Assembly (NCBI GenBank): GCA_013239625.1 | Contig: MU054001.1 | Coordinates: 4,132,167-4,196,166 of the forward strand | From: Lama guanicoe | Taxonomy: Eukaryota | Length of the DNA: 64,000 nt | Direction of reading: 5' to 3' | Shown here: piece after piece, positions 37,101 through 50,400 of the stretch | Layout: each line of letters begins with the position of its first letter | Position numbering within the stretch: position 1 is the stretch's first letter | The notes under the pieces: model-generated | The model's input: only the letters and a program-made list of their open reading frames with translations | Database searches by the model: none | Told to the model about the DNA's origin: nothing | Position numbers and translations under genes: made by a program

Positions 37101-40100
37101 TCTGACTGGTGTCCAGATTTGGAGATTTTCTGCTTCCTTATATCTCCAGGTTCTGAGCTTTTCCAGGTTTCTGGGGTTTGAACTTTTCTCAGGGATGTCT
37201 ACCTCCTTGGCCAGGAGGTATCTTGCTTTCTTTGATCTGCAGACTCCTTCACTTGCCTTTCATCTCCCAGGTGTATTGACATCTTTCATCCACTGTTGTC
37301 TCTTCTGAACTCTTTGTTCCTGCCATCATCTCGTTTAACTGGAAGTTGAAGTAACCCCTTCTAACCACTTCTGGTTTTAGTTCTGGCAGTAACTACCATT
37401 ATGCCAACTGATACACTGTTCATTTCTTGTTTTACCAGTTGTCTCATCTTTTTATTAACTACATTGTATTTGGCTGTATTGATGTGCCATATTTTATTTT
37501 ATGTAACTTTTATATGTTACAAATAATGCTGAATTGAACCTCATTGTTCGTATTTCTCTGTATACTTTTATAAGGGTATCTTTAAGATATGTTCTGAAAG
37601 TCTCCCTCTCTGCCCTTTCTTGACCCTGGCTCTCAATATCATTAGCCATCTATATATTTTTATTTCATTGCAAATTCAGGTGCTTTTGTATCCACAGTTT
37701 CATTTGGACATAACATCCTGCAGAGTAGGGCAGATAGGTAGATGGTTTCCATTTTACAAAAGGTAAAGTGGAAACTCAAAGAAGTAAAATGAATTTGCCC
37801 AGGGTCCCACTTCTCCAGGACTCAGGGCTAGGGACCATGGGACATTTCCACGTTTTCTGGGGTGTCATTGGTTCAGTAGAGGCTGTTTGGGTTATCCCTT
37901 TTTTCCAGGCTGGACTGGGGGTGAGGGAAGGGGAGTTTCTTTGCTAGGGAGACTTCAGAAGGACACTTCTCTCTGAACTATCTCTGGGTCTCCAGGGAGT
38001 TTTAGAGACAGCAGTTGCCTTTGGTCTCTTCTTGGGGAAAGTAGCTGTGTGACACCTGTGGGCCTAGAAGGGGCTGGAGTACATGTGGTTCTGAGGGACT
38101 GGTGTCTCTTCTGTCACTTCTGTGCAGTGGGAAGGAGGAAGGCACACACAAAAAAGATAAAGCATACCCTTTCCCTTTTAAAGTGTTTTTCTAAAAGGCA
38201 TTCATAACTTCTGCTTCTATTTCATTAGCCAGAACTTGATCACTTAGGCACCCTAGCTGGTAGGGAGGCTGGGAGTCTTTTAGTTGGGGGAAGGGGATGG
38301 TAGTATTGGATCTTAATAAAAATCAGGAATCTGTTACTTAGGAAAGTAAGAAGAAGATAAAATTTTGGGGAAGCACACAACACAGAACCCTGAAATTGTT
38401 CAAAGATGTCTTAAAGTTTAGTGATTTTCTTCCTTTGAGTAGGAAGGCTCTGATTATATTAGTTTAAGATGCCCCAAACAGACAGATCTGTGTTTCTCCT
38501 TGTAGAGCATTGGTTATGTAATACCAGTCTTAGCATTAAGAATACAACATGCTTTATTTTTAATCAGACCGTAATCGAGATACCACCCCTATGAGAGTGT
38601 GTTTTCCCTTTTTTTTTTTTTCTTTGTTTTTTTTTTTAAACATTTGAATGCTGAGCAGTTGGCAAAGAATTTGCCTACTGGCATAACTCTTACTACATAA
38701 CATTACCCTTTCCTAAAGATCCAGCCTTAGGTTTTCAAGTCATTCATTCCACATTATGTAAAAAATAAAATAAAACTTACAAAAAATGCTCACACCATTT
38801 GATCTAGTAATTAGGCACAAGAGGACAGTTAAATAAAGCTAAGGTCCACAAGGTAAAATTCTTTGTGGGCCATTATACTGATAAAGTCATGATTTATAAA
38901 AATTACATGAGTTTTCTAAAATCATTTTTAGTAAAGTGGTACAACCATATATATACATACACACACACCTATTATGATTACTAAAAGCTACATATTTGTT
39001 CATTACAAATACCGACTGGTGCTTCTGAAACATGTATTACGTGCTAGGTTCTGTGCTTAGTGCTTTATGTATGTTATCTCACCTTACTCCTTGCCGTAAT
39101 CCTATGAGAATGGTATTACCATCTCTCTCTTTTTTTAATTGCGGTAAGATACACATAGTGTAAAATTTACCACCTTAATCATTTTTAGTGTCTAGTTCAA
39201 TACTGTTAAGTGTATGCACATTGTTGTACCACCAATTTCTAGAACTTTTTCATACCCATGAAACAACTCCTCATTTCCTCTTCCCCCTGCCCCTGGTAAC
39301 CACCATTCTGCTTTCTGTCTCTGAGTTTGACTGCTCTAGATACCTCATATAAGTGGAGTACAGCAACACAGTATTTGTCCTTCTGTGACTCGCTTCTTTC
39401 ACTTAACATAATGTCTTCAGGGTTCATCCATGTTATGGCATGTGTTGGAATTTCCTTCCTGTTTAAGGCTGAATAATATTACACTGTATGGATATATCTC
39501 ATTTTGTTTATCCATTCATTCATCAGTGGATGTTTGGTTCGCTTCTACCTTTTGGCTATTGTAAATAACGCTGTTATGAACATGATTGTACAAGTATCTC
39601 TTTGAGAGCCTTTTTTTAATTCTTTTGAATATATATCCAAAAGTTGAATTGCTGGATTGTATTTTCTTCTCTTTTGTAGATGAGAAAACTGAGTCTCAAA
39701 CAAGTTAAGTAGCTGGCTCAAGGTCACACATTCAGTGCCAGAAGAACTCAACTCTTGCCCTTAAAAGGTCATTAGTCTAAAAGAGTTGTTAAAATGAACA
39801 CCAACCTCCACCCCCTTACCCCCTTCACAGTACATGGAAGAATAAAATCAGTGCACGAATAGAGGCAGGATTCTAGTTCTGAGGCTCCTGAAATTCCTTA
39901 GAGCTGGGAGAATCACAGAAGACTTTGCTCAGGAAGTAGCATTTGAGCTGGTCTTTAGAAATCAGAGTGTAGTGATGTTTCATTACAGTCAACATGGAGT
40001 CAATTATATATTCTGAGCTATTATTGTAGTGTAATAGAAATATTGTTTTCATATTCTTTTCATTAAACGTAAAGGATTGTACACATAAAGCCATGAATGT

Positions 40101-43100
40101 TACACTTCATGGGCTACTTCAGGTACTTCTCAAAGGTAATCTGACAACCCAATTTTCATTTATATGCTGGTTTGAGAAGCTGATGCCTGAACAGAATGCT
40201 GCATTACTGCACAGAAATTTGGAAGTAAGGAAGCTTGTACATCAGGTAGAAAATTAAGAACAGTAGCATGAAGGTGGGCAAATGTGGGGGTATATAGAGG
40301 GACATAAAGTAGTTTTCTTTTTTAAGCACAGAATACATGAAGAGGAGTATAAGATAAGATCTGAAAGGCAGTTGAGATATCAGAGTAGGGAATTTGAACT
40401 TGGATATGTAAGCTGTGGGGAGTCAGAAACTTTCTGAGTGCAAGAATGGTAAAAAGTTGAGCCTTAGTAATGTGAGTATGTTAACAGTATCTGGCAAATG
40501 TTAAAGAGAGTAGACACTGGGCGTAAGGAGACCTACTTAGAAGGCTTTTCATTGAAATCGCTCAGATGAGAGCTCTAAATTCTTTCATTGAAACTCGAAC
40601 CTATTCTTCTGGAAAGCATAATCTTAACCCAAATTCTGTCTTCACAGCTTTGCAAGTCAGCTTCAGGTTTTTTTAAGTCATGAGTATTAACCTATATAGG
40701 ATATTATTTATAATGCTGGGATTAAGTAAAATTTGTCTTATTTTTTATTGCAGCAACATTGGTTTATAACATTACGTAAGTTTCATGTGTTATAGCACTA
40801 TATTCTTTTGTGTAGAGTACAGCAAGCTCACCACCAAAAGTTTAGTTTCCATCCATCAACATACAGTTGATTCCCTTTACCCATTTCACCCTCCCCATCC
40901 CCCTTCCCCTCTGGTAACCACTGTGTTCTTTGTGTATATGCGTTTGGGTTTTTTTAGTTTGGTTTTCTTCATTTATTTTGTTTTTTGTTTGTTTTTTATA
41001 TTCCAGATATGCGTGAAATCATAGTGTTTGTCTTTCTCCATCTGACTTACTTCACTTAGCATAAAACCCTCATCTTTCATCCACGTTGTTGCAAATGGCA
41101 AAATTTCATCTTTTTTTTTTTTTTGAGTAATTTTCTGTTGTATATATATACACCACATCTTTTTTTTTCCCGTTCTTTCATTGATAGGCACTTAAGTTGT
41201 TTCCATATCTTGGCTGTTGTAACTAATGCTTCAGTGAACATAGGAATGTTATATATTTTCAAATTAGTATAAGTAAAACTTAATGAAAATTTAAAACTTA
41301 CTCATATACAGTAAATTCCAATAAGCACCTGTTTTATTAAAGCATTATACCAGGTCCCAAGGGGCATACATACTCATAAAAACTAACATTTGAGTGTTTC
41401 CCACATGCCAGGCACTGTTCTGAGTTCTTTATGTTTCCTGTTTTAATACTTAATAGCTTTATGGTATAGATACTTTTAGTATCTCATTTTATTTCTGAGT
41501 TAACTGAGGCATAAAGAATGAGGTAGCTTATAACTAGGGAGGAGAAATGAATGACTGTAATCATTTAGCAAAATGGAATTCTGTCATAATACAATTCGTT
41601 GACTTCTTTTGTATGAATCTGCTACATACATGATCTCAGCTGCTATGGATTATTCAGGTTGGCAGAAAATCCTCCCCCTTTTTCCCCCTCTGCTATTCCC
41701 TCTTGAGGTGGTCCTCTTGATCACAGAAGATCTTCCCAGAGAAGAAAGGACTCTTAACTAAGGGCATAAGAGTAGTGTTGGTCCTCTAATAAGATTATTT
41801 ATTTGTTTATTTATTCAACAAATATTTACCAGAAATCTATTATGTACTAGACTCGAATGATGAAGGTAAATAACATACAGTTCCTGCTTTACAGGAGCTC
41901 GGAGTGGGCTGGGGAATCAGACAGAAAAGGATAAATAAACTTCATGGCCTTATAAATTCTTTTTTGGAGGAGGGGGAGGTGTAATTAGGTTTATTTATTT
42001 ATTTTTTTTAATGGAGATACTGGGTATTGAACCCAGGACCTCCCTATGGTGATATGAATGAAGTGTTTTGGGAGTCCAGAGGAAAGTGTTTTTCATTCTG
42101 CCTTGGAGAACTAGGGGAAGGCATAGAGGTAAGAGCTAAATTGGGCAGCAGATCCTATTTTCAGCCTAAGGCCAAAGATGAGGTATAGCTTCAAAGTAAT
42201 AAAACTGATTTTTCAAATAAATTCTAAAATCAGCTGTTAAAGTGAAGTTCTGAAATTGTTTTGCATACTGGAAGCATTATTTAAATGTTAGTATAGCTAT
42301 ATGTATCTTCTGCAAAAGTGGCTAATCTGAAGGATAGTACTAATTACGTAGGGCTTCAGCTGCTAATTCTCATGCTTTCATGTTCCTATTTCATGCTGTC
42401 TCTTGTGATGAATTAATTCTGCAAATATTATGTATCAAGCATTATCGAGCCTGGAAGTACAGAGCTAAATAAGTAATGGGCCCCTCCCTACAAAGAACTC
42501 TAGTGAAAGAGGCAAATGTGTCTATAACATAGTACAGTGTGTGTTATAATGTTAATAAAATGAGCAAAGATTTGTTTCAGAAGTATTGTTCACAAATTAA
42601 TAATTTGCCATTGAGTCATGGATAAATTATAATCTAGTCTGAAATAAGTTTGTAGTCTTGGAAATAACTACTGTTTCTCCTGCCTCAGACCTTCTTGCAC
42701 ACAGGATATTTACTCTCCCTGAAATTCTATTCCCACGTCACTCCCACCCCCATTTCCACCCCAGCCTGGCTAAATTCTCTCTCCTTCAGATCTCAGCTTA
42801 GATGTTAACTTCTTTGTAGAAGCCTTCCCACACTTCTCCAGTGTAAATTAGATAGATTCATCCAATAGTTATTCTTTCCTTGAAATGTGTTTGGGTTTTT
42901 TTACTGAGTTGTTTAATGTCTGCCTCTGTTTTTACACTGTTGGCTTCCTAAGGGCAGGACTGTATGTGTTTTATCCACCAATGTGTATCCACACAGTAAA
43001 ACCTCATTTATTTATTGAATGCATGAATTAATGAGTATTCATTGTGTACTAGCTGTTGGGCTAAAAAGTCACATACATTACCATATTTAATCCTCAGAAC

Positions 43101-46100
43101 AATCTTCTTAATTATGTATTGTGTCTATTTTAAAGATAAGGGAATGAGTCCCCCCCCCCCAAAAAATTGTTTAGTGTATCCATAATCTCATAGCTAGTAA
43201 ATGGCAAAGCCAGAATTTGAACCCATTTTATAAACTACTTATAAACCCTCCTTCCTTGGCTACCTGAAATTTAATGGTTCTAGTATTTTTGTTTAGTTTT
43301 CTATATGTAATTAGCAAAATAAACTACTGTTAACCAGAACTGTGTTAACGTCTGGCTTTTTTATCTGTTGCTTTTAGTAACTGATGTTAACAGTAGGATT
43401 CTGTGGTATATTATGAATCATAAAAAGGGAAAATTGGAAGGTTGGAATCAGAATGTTAGGTGTGAAGAGAAAACTGTGGAGATCAAAGCTTCTTGTTTTA
43501 TAGGTGAAACTGAGACTAAAATAGTGGGGTAGCTTGTCTAGGGTCATATTTCAGTAAATTAGAAGCTAGATCTTCTAACACCTAGTCAATCAATAATATA
43601 CAACAGTATCTCTATTCACTTTGGGGTGGTTTCCAAGTAGATTTTTTTACATTCTTTTTCTCTTTTGGACTCTAGCCCAGAAGGCTATATATGTTCTCTT
43701 GCCATACAGAATAGTAAAGCAGTTACTGTAGACCAGGCTGACTAGATAAAGTTTCTAGGTAGGGGTAGTTCAGAGACATACTTTCCATTGGTGTTTTTTC
43801 ACCTTTTCTGTTTCATGGTCATTTCACCATTTCATAAACTGTGAGATAAACAAAAATCAACATTTAAGTCTCTACCCTGCAGGTGATAAAAAAGTCTAGT
43901 GAGAGTGCCTGTGAAAGTTAGAGAAGTATGTTAAGGATGAAGCTAGAGCTATAACTTGAGCTTGTTGACCATGCGTCAGCAAACTATAGCCAGCACCACC
44001 TGATTTTGTAAATAAAGTTTTATTGATATACAGCCACACCTATTCTTTTACGTATTGTCTGTGGCTGCTTCCTTGCTACACCAGCAAAGGTTAATAGCTG
44101 TGACAGACACTGTGTACTACAAAGCCTAAATATACGCTGCCTGGCTGTTTACCCCAAAAAAGTTTCCCAACCCCTACTGTAGACTTCCTGTACTAGTTCT
44201 TTCCATCTAGGAGAGTGCTTATTGCCTTTCAAGCTGTCCTCTCTCCACAATTTACATTTAATAGAAAGAGCTCTTGTCTCTGGGGTTCCATTTTCCATTG
44301 AACAGATATTCTGAACTTTACAACCTATGAAAGATTCATGCCAGTTCAGTTTTTCTGAGAAAAAGATATAAAACTTTCTGGAGCCAAAAATTACTGCTTG
44401 TCGTGGAGCCATGAAAAAATTAGTTTAATGGAAACTGACATCAGGTGCACAATGCTTACAGTTTATAATGTTCTCTGAGCTTTGACCAATCGTATATTTT
44501 GTATTAGATTTGAATCCTGGGACCCTGGGAATAGAATGTTTAAGCTCTGTATTAATGATACTCAAAGTGTGATTCCCCACAGCAGTGATACCCACACAAC
44601 CTAGAAGCTTGTTAGTAATGCAGATTCACAGGCTCTACTGTAAACCTACTGGATCAGTAATTCTGGGGATAGGGCCTAGTTTTTGATGTTTTAACAAGAC
44701 CTTCAGATGATTCTGATGCACACTGAAGTTTGAGAACCGTAATCAGATCTCAGAATTTGCATTTCTATCAATTTCCCAGGTAATGCTGGATGCTTCTGGT
44801 CTGGAAACTACACTTTGAGAACCATTGCTCTAGATACTAGAATAAGAAATTAGGACATAGGCCAAGAAAATTGTTTTTGAGTCAGTCAGATCCTGTTGAG
44901 AAGAGCATAAAATAGACATTTGGGGGCAATTTTAGTGTAAAATTTAATTTTTTAAATGCAAAGAAAAGAGAATTAAAAAAAAAAAACTACCACCTAGCAA
45001 ATCTTAACATTTTGCCTTTTGCTTCTTTGGGGTTTTTTTGGTTTGTTTGTCTGTTTTTTAAGAAATTAGAGTACAGACATGGATGAAGCCTACTGTGTGC
45101 CCTTCCAGAATTCCAGTCCTCTCTCTCTTTCCCTAGAGGGAGCCATGAGGTTGGTGTTATCACATGCAAACTTGTCTTTATAATTTTACAATTTCTGCAT
45201 ACGTTTGTAAAATTCAGTACATATTTTCAGATTTTACGTAACAATTATCAGCTATTTCCTCTAGAAATTGTTTCTGAATATAATACACGTTGATACAGTG
45301 TAACTTTAGCTTATTTTATTGGCTGTGTAAATACACCATAATTTATTAATCCATTTTCCTTTTAGTAGGCATTGGGTTGTTCCTAAATTTTTTTACTATT
45401 TCAAAGAGTGCTGCAATAAATATTCTTGTACATGTCTTCATGTACACTTGTGACAGAAAGTTTCTGTAGGGTATATGCCCAGAAGTAGAATAGCTGAGAA
45501 GTATGGTAACAGTAGCTTCAGCTTTACTAGATACTGTTAATTGTTCTCTTAATGGTTATACGTATTACTCACCTATCTGCAAGGTATGAGAGCCCCAATT
45601 TTCTACATTTTCATCAAAACTTGACATTTTAATTTTTACCATAGAGATATGACATGCCTTCCCATTTTTAAATTTATAATTCCCACAGTTCTAGAGAGCT
45701 TGAAGGTAGTTTTCATGTTTCTTAATATTTCCGTTTTTTTTTCTGGGAATTACTTGTGATATCTTTTACACATTTTCTGTTGGGTGATTTGCCTTTTTAC
45801 ATGAATTTGTAGATGCTCTTTATGTAATCTTTGAGTTACTTGTGTTTCAAGTACTTTATCTCAATCGCTCATCTTTTAGCTTTGGTTGTGGATAAGAAAA
45901 TCTTTCCCTACTCTTGGGTCATAAAGATTCTTTTATTTTAGCTCAAGTTTTAAAGCTTTGCTTTGTACAGTGAAGTCTTTATCTGGAATTTACTTTTGCA
46001 TGTGGTATGAGGTAGAGATCTAATTTCATTTTTTTTTTCCATATAGATAACCAGTTCCAGCTTTACCCTTTTGTCATTGGTCTATAATGCCACTGCTGTA

Positions 46101-47365
46101 ATATATCAAGACTTTTTTCTATGTGCATAGATCAGTTTCTGGGCTTATAATCTGTTCTATAGGTCTGTTTGTTTATCCCTGTGTCAGAGCCACATTGTCC
46201 TATTACCACTTTATACAAATACCTAGTATCTGATAAGAAACATCTTATTGTAAACTTTTTCAAAACTGTTCTTACTATTCTTGATGATTCACTTTTCAAG
46301 ATAAATTATACAATTGGCTTGTCAAGGTTCATGAAAAATCCTATCTTGCAATTTTGATTGGCATTACATTGTATTTATAGATTACTTTGGAATGAATTGA
46401 CTATCTTTCAGTTCATGAACATGGTATATCTCCTTTATTCAGGTCTTCCACAATGGCCTTTCAATAATTTTTCATAATTTTTCCTAAAAGGTGTTTGTCA
46501 TCTTTTATTAGACTTACTCCTAGGTATATTTTCTTTTGTGAATAACAGTATTTTTCTAATTATTTCTAGCATATAGAAGCACTTTGTTTCCTCTTTATGA
46601 ATATGTTATTCTCTCCTTTTCCAGTAGATGGCAGTAAAATACATTAAGATTTCATTGTTAAGAATCTTTTCTTTCAGTGGTGTCTTTTTCCACTGAAATT
46701 AAAATGATTTGTTTTAAAGGTATTGATTCTGAAGTATTTATAAATTATCTCCCTTTGTTCCATTTAGGAGGATAAAAAGAAGCGAGATCGTGACCATGTG
46801 GACAGTGAGGCAGAAAAAGAACTCCAGTGTCAGGCTCCTGTAGGATTAGACTTGCCTCCTGAGAAGCCTCTTGCAAGCTCTTTAGCGAAACAAGAAGGTT
46901 GGAATAACTCTGAATTGACTGTCCTGAATAAGGAGCCTGAAATTATTTTAAGGATCATAGCCAGGGAAAATGACTGGGTTTTTAGGTTTTAAGTTAAAAT
47001 TTAAAAGCTGTTTAATTTTTTTTTTAACTTTTCTTATTTCTGTCACTGCTTAAGCGTTTCGAATTAGCTTCATTTTTGAAGTTGATATTCTCGTTCTTCG
47101 GCATATTTGTAAGATAAGTGGAATTTCTCTATGAGATATTTAATGATGGATGTTAGTCATGTATAGAAAGAGAATAAGCTAGACAATACTCTCTAGAAAT
47201 CTTCCTTTTTAAAACACTCTTTTCCTTTCTTCTTCACTTTAGAAGTAGAACAGACACCCCTTCAAGAAGCTTTGAATCAACTGATGAGACAATTACAGAG
47301 GTAAATTTTTTCCAACATTTTTATAACATGGAAATTGAAATGGGAAATACAGGATCCAGACCACT

Positions 47366-47406
<41 letters not shown>

Positions 47407-50400
47407 TAAAGCCATATTTTGTGGCCTAAATCCAAATGTACTTGATTTTAAAGTGGATGATAAATATTTTGCCTGGCAATAGAAGTACTCCAAGAGGCTG
47501 ACTTTTAGATGTTCTCATTTGGTTTGTTTTAACTGGCAGCTTGAAGAGTGTTACATAATACTCTTAATGGCAAATTTCTCCTTAATCTAAAGTAACTTCT
47601 GATGTTAAAGCTTTTGTGACCCTCTCTTAAATGTAGAAATTTGTTCTGAAAATTACAATATCTAGATAAAACCAGTGTTCTTAAAAGGGAAGAGAATAAA
47701 TCAATGTTTATTAAAATATTTGATATTTCTTTTTGCTCAGAATTTGAATTTTTAGCTCAAAGACATTAACATTATTCGCAGAGGATTCATTGGTATGGGC
47801 ACACATTCTAACAGTAAACTTTCTCCTCACTGTGTTGGACTTGTATGTCGTCCCCAGAACACATCATAAATAACTTTGAAGTAAAATAAAGCCTCTGCGC
47901 TGTCTGTTCAACAGCTATTCAGCTTTGCAGTTAAGATCAGAAATCAGTGGCCTCTCTTTCCTTTTTTGTTGTTACAGAACAGTTGAGAAAATTGTATCTC
48001 AAGTATTTACACTTGAATGAATCATTCATTGCTTGTCCCAAAGGAGTGAACCAGTAAATATTGAGCATTCCAACTCAGTTAGAATATATGACTATGAAGT
48101 GTTTCGGCTACCTTTTAATTTTGCTTCTTGCAACATAAGATCAGAATGTAGATTATTGATGTCACCTTAAAAGAAATCTATCTAACAAGGTCTCTCTTAG
48201 ACTAGAGATGTTCACATTGCTCAGAACATTTGGGAGAACCCAGAGCCACTTTTTTTGAGTAGTCTTAGTGATTCTTCATCCTTGAGGCTCAGTATAAATG
48301 GTGGTAAAAAATATAATTAACCAAGTTTAGTAATAATATTTCTGGTCAAGTGGGACTCTATATTAAAATGACTAATTTTAGGGGATGTAGATAATTTGCT
48401 CTGAAGAGGTCCTCCAGAGATACTTCATGGTGTTATTCATGGTAACTACTATGGACAGCATGCATTTGGATATGTAAGTTCCAGACTGGATAGTTTTGCT
48501 TATTCTCAGCAATTTTTAGTGTCACTCCTTATGCATCCTTCTGGGAAGAACAGAGGCAGATTCACACACACCTGAGTTCAGATTCCAGCTCTATCTTTTA
48601 TCGGATTTATGACCTAAATGATTTGACCTTTGAGCCTCAGTATGCTCATCTCTAAGTGAGGATACTACCTCCTTGATGGCCTCTGTGAGGATTAGATATA
48701 AAATATATCAATTCCCTACCACTGGTCCTGGCATGTGGTAGATACATTTTTTAATTGCTATTATTATTTTTTAAACCATTTTTATTGCTGTGATTATTTG
48801 TAGTAAGAAAGCTTTGCTTTGCCAAATTTCCAGAGGAAAATATCTGTCTGATGGGCTAATCATATAGAGCAGTGGTTCTCAACCCTGTCAATACTGGAAA
48901 TACCAAAACTCATCCCTAGAAAAACCAATGCCTGGACCCACCCTCCTTTCCCCCAAGAGATTCTCATGTAGTGTCTCTAGGGTAAGCCTTCCACCCCACT
49001 GGATTTTTGTTTAAAGCTCCTCTAATGATTCTCATGCACAGCCAGAGTTAAGAACCTGAGATAGAAAGCACTGGGTCTCAAGTTTTGGGAATATTATGAG
49101 AACCTTTTTAATACCAGTTTTTTGAGCACCCCCCTACACACACAATGGAAGTCCATTAAGAAAAGGTATATACAATTATCCCTTGGTATCCACAGGGGGT
49201 TGATTCCAGGAGTCCCACTGAATACCAGAATCCAAGGATGTCCAAATCCCTTGTATAAAATGGCAGTAGTGCAGTGAATACAGTCAGTCCTCCGTATCAC
49301 ACATTTGGGAAACCCACAGATAAAGAGGGCCAGCTATACTCACGGAGATGTACCACTCCTGTGGCCCACCAAGAGTCTAAGCCTTTAGTCAGAAACCAAT
49401 ATGGAAGATTGGAGATGTGCATTCATAGTTATTATTCCTGCCTTTTCCTCTATAGTTGATAAAAATACATAGTACTAATCTCCCAGAGTATAAAGCATTG
49501 ATCTAGGTTAGTCTAGGTTTTTATTTTGTTTCATCTTTCCCTATGTAAGAGATGTTACAAATTAATTAAGCTCTATAGTTTAAAAGATTCTCTGCCTTAA
49601 GGGTACAATTTGTATGTGAAATATCTTAACCCTGTTGTTACATAGTTATTAGTTTTTAAAATCATCATTTCAGTTTTCAGTGAAAAACATATTAGCACAC
49701 AACAGATTCTTTCTACATCTGAAGGGTTTCCTCTTACTTCTGCTCCTTGACCAGTAGATTTGTTTGTAGTAGAAATAAAATTGCCTTTTTCCTGTCTTCA
49801 CAGAAAAGACCCAAGTGCTTTCTTTTCATTTCCTGTGACTGATTTTATTGCTCCTGGCTACTCCATGATCATTAAACACCCAATGGATTTTAGTACCATG
49901 AAAGAAAAGATCAAGAACAATGATTACCAGTCCATAGAAGAACTAAAGGTAACTCTAGTTATTTATGTTGTGTTGGAGAAATAGAGTGAGCCGTGCTACA
50001 AAGTAACATATCTATTCAATTGAGAGTCAAGCTCTTAGATCTTGTATATACAAAATCTTGGTAGAAATCTGCATGTCTGGTATTCATAATCTCTCTAAAG
50101 TTTATCTAAATCTGTATTTTTCTGTCTTAGAAAACATTTTTGAGCTTGGTGATAGAAAACCAGGCAAAATAAGCCATCTGCAGTCAGTCTTTCATTATTT
50201 TATGGGTTTTGGTAAAACTTTGAATTTCATTTGTTCTACAAAATATTTTTTCAACCTTTAAAATGAAAAGATGTTTAATTTTTAATTTCAGGTTAACACA
50301 GGTAAAATCAATTTTTTTTAATTGAAGTATAGTTGATTCAGGTATATAGCAAAGTGATTCAGTTACTTTTTTTTCAGATTATTTTCTGTATAGATTATTA

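Noticed and set aside
47293..47493. Poly-Asn ORF on the minus strand
   Set aside because: Translation of the (ATT)13 microsatellite.
50282..50307. Possible 10-nt microexon ttcag|GTTAACACAG|gtaaaa in intron 5
   Set aside because: Weak donor, adjacent to an L1 tail, and expected by chance in AT-rich intron; no further support.
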